Assembly (NCBI GenBank): GCA_045643725.1 | Contig: JAZRFQ010000044.1 | Location: forward strand, 5,136-69,135 | DNA length: 64,000 nucleotides | DNA from: Eubacteriales bacterium | Lineage (GTDB): Bacteria; Bacillota; Clostridia; Oscillospirales; CAG-272 | Direction of reading: 5' to 3' | In this document: in pieces, positions 9,374 to 16,446 of the stretch | How the letters are laid out: each line of letters starts with the position of its first letter | How positions within the stretch are numbered: the first letter of the stretch is position 1 | The notes under the pieces: model-generated | Told to the model about the DNA's origin: nothing | Database searches by the model: none | What the model saw: only the letters and a program-made list of their open reading frames with translations | Position numbers and translations under genes: made by a program

Positions 9374-11682
9374 GGCTTCTTTTAAAGCATCTGATGCAAA
9401 GCATCAGAAAAAAACCTACACAGCCGCTGATCATTACGCTGGCCCTCGCTCTTTCCGTTGCTATGACGGTATTCGCCCTCGCGATTTACGGCTCGCTTAC
9501 GGCGGATGCCGAGATGGCGCAGGCCGCTAAATACGGTAGCGCCGATCTCACAGTAGAGCTCGGCAGCTCGTCCGATTCGCGCTTCCTCTTCGCCTCCGAC
9601 GTGAGAGATTCGCTCGGAGATCGGGCAAACGCCGTCGGAATCTATCCATTGCCCCTGATACTTGAAGGTACGACAGACACCGTAAGCGGCGTGGCGACCG
9701 AGCTTGATTCTGTTGGCGATCTGTTTTCCATAGCCTTCTACGAGTACGGACGCGTGACCGATTCCACTTTGAGTGAGATCGCCTTTGTCAGCGCCGATTT
9801 TGCAGAGCAGAGAGACATCTCGCTCGGAGACGTCATTTTAGTCGAGACCATGGGTCACAGGATGAGCTATCGCGTAGAGGGCATCAGCGATCGTCCGTTT
9901 ATGGCGAGCTACGACGTTATGGTAGATGTCGGTAGCGTTATGCGCGCATTTGCCGACGAGTCCTTGCTCTTTGCGGCGATGGGCGATAAATTTAAGCCCT
10001 GCAGTACGGTATACGTCGATCTTCTTGATAGTGAAGCGGTTGTCGGCGAGACCTTGGAAAGCCTGGCGGCAGATCATAAATTTGACGGAATGCGTCTTAT
10101 CGACGTGCAGGATACCGCAAACGCGAAGGAATACACCGCGTATCTCGAGGTATCCATCGGCGTTGCCGTGGCTCTTACTATGTTGCTCGCCGGCATCGTG
10201 ACCTTCTGTTGCTTCTTTATGCTTGCAAACCAGAGACATGAGGAGAACTTCTCGCTTTCCTGCTGCGGCGCGAGCCCGCGCATCCTCGGAATTATGCAAT
10301 ATGCCGAGGTCGCGATCTATTTCTTGGTCGCCGCTCCTCTCGGAGTGCTGATTTCTCTGCCAACGGTGCAGGCTATATCCTCCGTTGTCGGACTTTCTTA
10401 CGCAAAGACGCGCGTGTCCTTTGGCATCGCCGCGACCGCGTCTCTTCTTGTGCTTGCCGTCTGTATACTGACGGTATCACTTTTCCTCGCTTTTGCAAAG
10501 CGCGCATCGCGCACGGGCGAGAGAAAGCGCCGCGCGGGACTCGTTATACCTTTGATTCTTGTCGGAGCTATGGCGGTGACGCTTGGCATCTCATTCGCAG
10601 TTCCTGCGGAATCCGCGTTTAGCGTATATTGCGTACAGCTTGCCCTTCTTGCCGTTTTCCTCTTTTTTGCGACCTCTCCGCTTTTACAGAGATTTGCGCT
10701 GATTATTGATCGTATTATGCGCGGCGCGCGTAGCGAAAGGGCTATTTCCTTCAGATACGCCGTAAAGAATACCGCGTCGCTCAAGATTCTTCACAACATA
10801 TCCATGCTGTGCTCTCTTGCGACTGTGACTCTGATTACGGTTGGATTTATACTTTCCTGCATCATGGCGAATCTCTCGGTGCAGCCCGAGGTTATCAGGG
10901 CCGATTTTACGGTTTACAACACCACCGACCGATGCTACGAGAAGATCGAGAGCTGTGACGAGGTGGACGTGGCCTCCAGGTTCTATTTTGCCTTGACCGA
11001 CGGATTTATAGTTTTCTCATCGGAGAACGCATCCGTCTACTCGCCGATTCTCGATATATCCGAGCCGCCCGAAGCGAACGAGGTCGTCTTGAGCAAAGGC
11101 CTCGCGGAGAAATTTGCTCTTCACGAGGGCGAAGACTTCGATATAGAGCTTGATGGCGTGAAGCATTCCTTCCGCGTATCCGATATCACCGAGGCCCCCA
11201 TCGGAGTCGCCGTGATCAACTGCGAGGATATGGGTATTCCTTGCAATTCCATTCTGGTCAGAGGGCGCGAGGGAATCGCACGCGCCGATCTGCTTGCGGC
11301 GCTTTCCGAGGCTACCGTGGCAGAGATCGCGCCGATTCGATCGACTGAGAGCCTGCTCGACGGTCTTGAGAGCACGATGAGCACCTATATTCGTGCCGTC
11401 ATGATCCTGCTTTCCGTACTCTGTGTCTTCTTCGTAATCGGCACGCTTGATGCGCTTTACGAATGTATGCGCGCAAGAGGCGAGGACTACACGCTCTACC
11501 GCCTAGCAGGTGTTCCGAGGAGGAAGCTGGCTCTTATGCGCTCAACCGAGATCCTCCTTCCCATCGTGTTTGGAATCTTGCTTGGTCTTTTAGTGTCGGT
11601 CGTATCGGTAATATCTATCAATCGCGGTATGGTTCAGTTCGGTATGATTCCGTTTTTGGTTATGAAGGCTCTCGTGCTCTAA
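9370..11682 (+). CDS. FtsX-like ABC transporter permease (tandem FtsX modules, two large extracytoplasmic domains)
   Basis: 770 aa with multiple hydrophobic segments in two clusters separated by soluble stretches. ATGA overlap with the ATPase gene. Confidence 0.8.
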   Translation: MRLLLKHLMQSIRKKPTQPLIITLALALSVAMTVFALAIYGSLTADAEMAQAAKYGSADLTVELGSSSDSRFLFASDVRDSLGDRANAVGIYPLPLILEGTTDTVSGVATELDSVGDLFSIAFYEYGRVTDSTLSEIAFVSADFAEQRDISLGDVILVETMGHRMSYRVEGISDRPFMASYDVMVDVGSVMRAFADESLLFAAMGDKFKPCSTVYVDLLDSEAVVGETLESLAADHKFDGMRLIDVQDTANAKEYTAYLEVSIGVAVALTMLLAGIVTFCCFFMLANQRHEENFSLSCCGASPRILGIMQYAEVAIYFLVAAPLGVLISLPTVQAISSVVGLSYAKTRVSFGIAATASLLVLAVCILTVSLFLAFAKRASRTGERKRRAGLVIPLILVGAMAVTLGISFAVPAESAFSVYCVQLALLAVFLFFATSPLLQRFALIIDRIMRGARSERAISFRYAVKNTASLKILHNISMLCSLATVTLITVGFILSCIMANLSVQPEVIRADFTVYNTTDRCYEKIESCDEVDVASRFYFALTDGFIVFSSENASVYSPILDISEPPEANEVVLSKGLAEKFALHEGEDFDIELDGVKHSFRVSDITEAPIGVAVINCEDMGIPCNSILVRGREGIARADLLAALSEATVAEIAPIRSTESLLDGLESTMSTYIRAVMILLSVLCVFFVIGTLDALYECMRARGEDYTLYRLAGVPRRKLALMRSTEILLPIVFGILLGLLVSVVSVISINRGMVQFGMIPFLVMKALVL

Positions 11683-11732
11683 GCGAGCCCGACGCCGTGA
11701 TCCGACCGAGGATCTGAGCATAAAGCAAAAAT

Positions 11733-11772
11733 AAAAAAAGCATAGAAAACAGCCGTTTTCTATGCTTTTTGT
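11733..11772. terminator. Bidirectional rho-independent terminator between convergent genes
   Basis: A-run, gcatagaaaac-agcc-gttttctatgc, T-run. Confidence 0.8.
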
Positions 11773-11782
11773 TTGCAGTTGA

Positions 11783-14278
11783 TTATTTCTTTTTCATAGG
11801 ATCGACAATGCCGAGACGCTCTGCCGCCTCCTCGCGCATCTTGTACTTGAGGATCTTGCCTGCCGCATTCATCGGGAATGCCTCGACAAACTCGATGTAC
11901 TTCGGCACCTTATGGCGCGCCATGCTCGCCTTGATGTAATCGGACATCTCGGCGACAGTCAGACTGCCCGACTCCTTGAGGATAATACAGGCCATTATTT
12001 CCTCGCCGTATTTCTCGTCGGGAACGCCGATTACCTGCACGTCCTTGACCGCGGGATGAGTGTATATGAACTCCTCGATCTCCTTGGGGTAGATGTTCTC
12101 GCCGCCGCGGATGATCATATCCTTGAGACGGCCGGTGATTTTGAAGTTGCCCTGCTCGTCGTAGGATGCGAGGTCGCCCGAGTGAAGCCAGCCGTCCTCG
12201 TCGATGGTATCCTTGGTCGCCATAGGCATCTTGTAGTAGCCCTTCATGGTGTTGTAGCCCTTGGCGCAGAACTCGCCGTTCACGCCGGGGCCGACCTCCT
12301 CGCCGGTCTCGGGATCGACGACCTTACAGCGAACGTGAGGGAATGCGTATCCAACCGTCTCGGTGCGGACGTCAAGAGGATCGGTCCAGGAGCTCATCGT
12401 GTTACCGGGAGCGCACTCGGTTTGACCGTATACGCTGACGATGCCGGTCATATTCATCTCATTCGGATCTGCGGCACGGCGCATCAGGTCTGCAGGACAG
12501 CCCGAGCCTGCCATAATTCCCGTTCTCATATGCGAAAAATCGGTGTTACGGTAGTTCGGATGGTTGAACATCGCGATGAACATGGTGGGAACGCCGTTGA
12601 AGCAGGTGATCTTCTCCTGATTGATGCAAGCAAGCGATGATTTTGCCGAGAAATAGGGCATCGGGCACATAGTAGCTCCGTGAGTCATAGACGAGGTCAT
12701 AGACAACGTCATACCGAAGCAATGGAACATAGGCACCTGGATCATCATACGGTCAGCGGTGGAGAGTCCCATACGGTCGCCGATACACTTGCCGTTGTTT
12801 ACTACGTTATAGTGAGTGAGCATTACGCCCTTAGGGAAGCCGGTTGTGCCCGAGGTGTACTGCATATTGCATACGTCGCCGGGGCGTACTGCCGCCGCCA
12901 TTCTTGCCACCTGCTCGGCGCTGACGAGCTTGTATCGCTCCATCGCCTCGTCAAAGGTAAGAGAGCCGGGCTGCTTGAAGCCGACGGTGATTACGTTTCT
13001 GAGGAAGGGCAGGCGCTTTGCGCGCAGAGGCTCGCCGGGGACGGTGTCCTTGATCTCGGGGCAGAGAGTGTTGATGATCTCCTGATAGTTTGAGTCGAGA
13101 CAGCTGTCGATCATAACGAGGGTGTGAGTGTCCGACTGACGCAGAAGATACTCTGCCTCGTGGATCTTGTAGGCGGTGTTTACGGTTACGAGCACCGCAC
13201 CGATTCTGGTCGTAGCCCAGAAGGTGATATACCACGCAGGAAGGTTGGTCGCCCAAACGGCTACCTTTGAGCCTGCCTTAACGCCGAGGGAGACGAGAGC
13301 TCGCGCGAATCTGTCAACCTCCTCGCGGAACTCGGCGTAGGTACGGGTATAGTCGAGAGTGGTATACTTGAAGCAGAGCTGATCGGGGAACTCGTCGGCA
13401 ACTCTGTCGAGCACCTCGGGGAAGGTGAGATTGATAAGCTCGTCCTTCTTCCAGACGTACTGACCTGTGCCGTCGTGGTTGAAATAGAGCTTTTTCTTCA
13501 TATCTCTCGTAGAGCTGAAGCGCGACATATAATTGGCAAAGTAGGGGAAGATGATCTCGGGATCCTGCAGATCCTCGAGCCAGTCGGGCTTCCACTCAAG
13601 CGAGATGAAGCCGTCGTAATTTACCGATGAGAGCGCACGCATAACGTCGTCGATAGGCATCGTGCCCTCTCCGATGAGCTGATACTTGCCGCTGTCGTCG
13701 GAGTCGCGCATATGAACGTGCTTGACGTAGCAGCCGAGATTCTTTATGGTCTGGTCGCCCGACTCACCGTTATCGCGGTATGGGTGATGAATATCCCAGA
13801 GAACGGCGAGATTATCGCTGGCAAAGCGGTCGAGCATATCGCGGAGTCTGCCGGTGTTGGAGTAGATTCCGCTCGTTTTTACGAGGATGCTGACCCCGAT
13901 GCGCTCGGCGTAAGGAACAAGCTCAAGAAGAGCCGAGTAAACGCCGTACTCGTCGCCCTCGATCGCGCAAACAACAACGTAGGGAACGCGAGCGTTATAG
14001 GCGATGTCCATCAGCGACTTGACCTCATCGATCACCGATCCCTTGACCGATATGTCGAGCGAAGAGTCGAAGCAGGGGATAGAGATCTGCATATCGCGCA
14101 GACGGCGTACGGTCGCTGCCGTGTTGTATTTATGGAAGGGACCGCCGCGGTCAATGAGGGTGTCAAACTTCGGGAGATTGTAGACCTCAACGCCACCGAA
14201 TCCCATGTCGGTTGCTACCTCGAGCATCTCATCAAAGGAGAAGCCGGGCCAACCGCGAGTGGAAAAGGAAAGCTTCAT
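11783..14278 (-). CDS. Fusion protein: xylose-isomerase-like TIM-barrel domain (N) + AMP-forming acyl-CoA ligase (C)
   Basis: 831 aa. The first about 270 aa resemble sugar-phosphate isomerase/epimerase (AP endonuclease 2 fold). The rest carries ANL motifs YTSGTTGFPKGVMLTH, GRLKDMIIRGGENIYPKEIE and NAAGKILK. Confidence 0.8.
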   Translation of the reverse strand: MKLSFSTRGWPGFSFDEMLEVATDMGFGGVEVYNLPKFDTLIDRGGPFHKYNTAATVRRLRDMQISIPCFDSSLDISVKGSVIDEVKSLMDIAYNARVPYVVVCAIEGDEYGVYSALLELVPYAERIGVSILVKTSGIYSNTGRLRDMLDRFASDNLAVLWDIHHPYRDNGESGDQTIKNLGCYVKHVHMRDSDDSGKYQLIGEGTMPIDDVMRALSSVNYDGFISLEWKPDWLEDLQDPEIIFPYFANYMSRFSSTRDMKKKLYFNHDGTGQYVWKKDELINLTFPEVLDRVADEFPDQLCFKYTTLDYTRTYAEFREEVDRFARALVSLGVKAGSKVAVWATNLPAWYITFWATTRIGAVLVTVNTAYKIHEAEYLLRQSDTHTLVMIDSCLDSNYQEIINTLCPEIKDTVPGEPLRAKRLPFLRNVITVGFKQPGSLTFDEAMERYKLVSAEQVARMAAAVRPGDVCNMQYTSGTTGFPKGVMLTHYNVVNNGKCIGDRMGLSTADRMMIQVPMFHCFGMTLSMTSSMTHGATMCPMPYFSAKSSLACINQEKITCFNGVPTMFIAMFNHPNYRNTDFSHMRTGIMAGSGCPADLMRRAADPNEMNMTGIVSVYGQTECAPGNTMSSWTDPLDVRTETVGYAFPHVRCKVVDPETGEEVGPGVNGEFCAKGYNTMKGYYKMPMATKDTIDEDGWLHSGDLASYDEQGNFKITGRLKDMIIRGGENIYPKEIEEFIYTHPAVKDVQVIGVPDEKYGEEIMACIILKESGSLTVAEMSDYIKASMARHKVPKYIEFVEAFPMNAAGKILKYKMREEAAERLGIVDPMKKK

Positions 14279-15681
14279 TATACCTCCTCCTCGTAGATGA
14301 TCTTATTGAGCGCACTGAGGTATGCCTGAATACCCGCGCCGACAATGTCGGTGGAGATTCCTATGCCCGAATATACCTTTGCACCCGAGCGGAGCTTGAC
14401 GATGGTCTGACCCATAGCCTCGCGGCCCTCTGTAACTGCCTGAAGCTGGAAGTCGTCGAGCTCATAGTGACGGCCGACGATCTTCTCTATAGTCTGGAAT
14501 GCGGCATCGATAGAGCCGTCACCCATATATACGCCCTCAAGAGACTGACCGTCCTTGACGAGCTTGATATGTGCGGTTGCCGCGATGGTGTTGCCCGAGG
14601 TAATAAGGTAGGAGTCGAGCTTGTACGCCGAGGGAACCTGCATAGCAGAGGAGGCAACGATAGCCTCGAGCTCCTTGAGACCAACCTTCTCCTTTTTCGT
14701 CGCGATCTCGCGGAAGGCGTTATATACCTGAACGCTATCCTCCTCGGAGAGCTCGTAGCCGAGCTTGGTTACGGCGAGAGTGATGGTGCTCATATCGTCG
14801 TCTGCTGTGAGGAATACCTCGTCTGCATCGGGAGATGCCGTGCCTTTGGCGGATTTTTTGCTGTTGCCCTTGCACATGCGCTCGATCTGCTCAGTGATTC
14901 TCGTCAGCTCGGTGGTGCGTACCTTGCAGGTAGCGTCGAGAGAGTCGGATCTTGCGGCAATAATGCGAGCGATGTCTGCAAGAGAAACGGTATCAATGGG
15001 ATATATAGCCGCGCATATCTGGGTCGCACCTGCGGTTATAGCCGAAACGGCGCAGGCCTCTGCCATAGAGAGCGCGTCGGAGCAGCGCACACCGAGGGTG
15101 ACGTTCTTCAGCTCGGGGAGCTTCTCATACTGCAGAGCGATAAAGCTCTCAAGCTCGGAGGGAAGCATACCGCCCGCTGTATCGCAGAGCGTTACGGTGG
15201 TAGCACCTGCCTCGATAGCCGTCTTGATAGCAAGGGCAAGGAAGTCCTGCTCGCTGCGAGTCGCATCGTTTGCGATGAACTCAACGTCGGAGCACAGAGC
15301 CGCGCATCTTGCGACGGAATCGCGGATATCGTTTATCATAGCATCGGGCTTCTTATGGAAGATATATTCTATTTGCACGGCACTCGTGGGCGCGCATACC
15401 TGAAGACGAGGCTTCTTCGCGAGCTTGAGCGCGGCCCAGGTATCGTTGATGCTTTCCACATTCATCGATACGGGAACGGCAATGCAGCTGTCGCTTACTG
15501 CGGCCCCGATAGATTTAATTCTGAGCGAATCAATACGGAGGTTCTCAATGCCCTCCAGCTCGATAACGTCTGCACCGAGTCTGTCCAGCAACTTTGAAAA
15601 CTCGATCTTTTCCTTGAAGGATAGGCAAAAGCTCTCGGAAAACTGTTTCATAGTTGCGTCGCTGATTTTGATCTGCTTCAT
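14278..15681 (-). CDS. 2-isopropylmalate synthase-like protein with degenerate catalytic motifs and an intact LeuA C-terminal regulatory domain
   Basis: 467 aa, collinear with LeuA. It has ISDATMKQFSE in place of DTTLRDGEQ and RCSDALSMA in place of HxHDDLGMA. The C-terminal ..GDGSIDAAFQTIEKIV..GIGISTDIVGAGIQAYLSALNKI is LeuA_dimer-like. Confidence 0.75.
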   Translation of the reverse strand: MKQIKISDATMKQFSESFCLSFKEKIEFSKLLDRLGADVIELEGIENLRIDSLRIKSIGAAVSDSCIAVPVSMNVESINDTWAALKLAKKPRLQVCAPTSAVQIEYIFHKKPDAMINDIRDSVARCAALCSDVEFIANDATRSEQDFLALAIKTAIEAGATTVTLCDTAGGMLPSELESFIALQYEKLPELKNVTLGVRCSDALSMAEACAVSAITAGATQICAAIYPIDTVSLADIARIIAARSDSLDATCKVRTTELTRITEQIERMCKGNSKKSAKGTASPDADEVFLTADDDMSTITLAVTKLGYELSEEDSVQVYNAFREIATKKEKVGLKELEAIVASSAMQVPSAYKLDSYLITSGNTIAATAHIKLVKDGQSLEGVYMGDGSIDAAFQTIEKIVGRHYELDDFQLQAVTEGREAMGQTIVKLRSGAKVYSGIGISTDIVGAGIQAYLSALNKIIYEEEV

Positions 15682-15701
15682 GATTTTCTTCCTCTCAAAT
15701 T

Positions 15702-15984
15702 AAATAAAAAAGCCCCTGTGCCGACTAATCGGTCAAGGGACGAAAAAATTCGCGGTACCACCCTAATTATCTCTACGGGAGAGATCACTTTCCAGCCTCA
15801 AATAAGGCCACACCCTGTAACGGAGGCATCCGTGTCCGATTACTCGCATATCGCTTTGACAGGACCGACTCGGGAAGGAGAATACCAAAACCGTTCGTAT
15901 CGGCTCGCACCAAGCGCCGACTCTCTGTGACGTCTGAAATTGGCATATTTTCCGTCATTGTCTTTTTAAAATGGCGATTAAATT
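15702..15984 (-). promoter_or_regulatory. T-box riboswitch leader (tRNA-sensing attenuator) for the 15681<-11783 operon
   Basis: Read on the minus strand: GA motif tgacggaa, AGAGAG bulge, distal-loop GGTGCGA, F-box CCGTTA, and T-box aattagggtggtaccgcgaa (15749-15768). A terminator hairpin cccttgaccga..tcggcacagggg plus T-run lies at 15705-15740. Confidence 0.85.
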
Positions 15985-15990
15985 AAATAT

Positions 15991-16019
15991 ATTAAACCAC
16001 TTCGCGGGCGATTTGTCAA
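15991..16019 (-). promoter_or_regulatory. sigma-A promoter of the minus-strand T-box leader
   Basis: On the minus strand: TTGACA, 17 nt, TGg-TTTAAT. Confidence 0.6.
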
Positions 16020-16115
16020 GCAATTTTTGTATGAATAAAGGCAATTATTCGTTTTTAAACAAACGAAAGGGGCAAAAAAACGCTTTTTTTGTTGAAAATC
16101 ACAATAAAAAAGTGT

Positions 16116-16144
16116 TTGACATTCAAAAAAAGATGTGCTAAAAT
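16116..16144 (+). promoter_or_regulatory. sigma-A promoter of the plus-strand T-box leader
   Basis: TTGACA, 17 nt, TGc-TAAAAT. Confidence 0.65.
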
Positions 16145-16150
16145 ATTCGT

Positions 16151-16407
16151 ATAAAAACTGTGACGAAGACGGTACGGTGAGAGAGTTTTCAGAGAGTCGG
16201 CGCTTGGTGCGAGCCGATAGCTTGTAGCCGAAATACCCATCACTTCCGAGTTGAAGATCTGAACGGCTGCGTTAGGGTCTTACGTTTCCCGCGTTAAGGG
16301 TAAGAGCTTGTTAGAGCTTGAAGTGGCGTTTATCGCAAATTGAGTGGTACCGCGGGTATAATTACTCGTCTCAAGAAGTTGTTTCTTGAGGCGTTTTTTG
16401 TTTTTTA
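16151..16407 (+). promoter_or_regulatory. T-box riboswitch leader for the 16447-> operon
   Basis: GA motif tgacgaag, AGAGAG bulge, distal-loop GGTGCGA, F-box-like GCGTTA, and T-box aaattgagtggtaccgcggg (16337-16356). A terminator cgtctcaagaa-gttg-tttcttgaggcg plus T-run lies at 16368-16407. Confidence 0.85.
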
Positions 16408-16446
16408 TGCCCCGATTTCAATATTGATCGAACAGGAGGAAATAAT

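Noticed and set aside
11912-15597. Plus-strand ORFs 11912..12640, 12680..13093, 13712..14296 and 14212..15597 opposite the TIM::ligase and LeuA-like genes
   Set aside because: These are antisense shadows. The minus-strand genes have recognisable domains, tight coupling and a T-box leader.
16231-16242. Alternative specifier readings CCC (Pro) or UAC (Tyr) in the plus-strand T-box
   Set aside because: They do not place the codon directly before the purine and base helix (A-CUUC) in a glyQS-like register. They are not fully excluded without a covariance alignment.
15718-16243. Small ORFs 15718..15930 (+) and 16055..16243 (-) that share the peptide SYRLAPSADSL
   Set aside because: The shared peptide is the translation of the identical, inverted T-box stem-I segment. 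Both ORFs lie entirely inside the riboswitch leaders, so they are non-coding.
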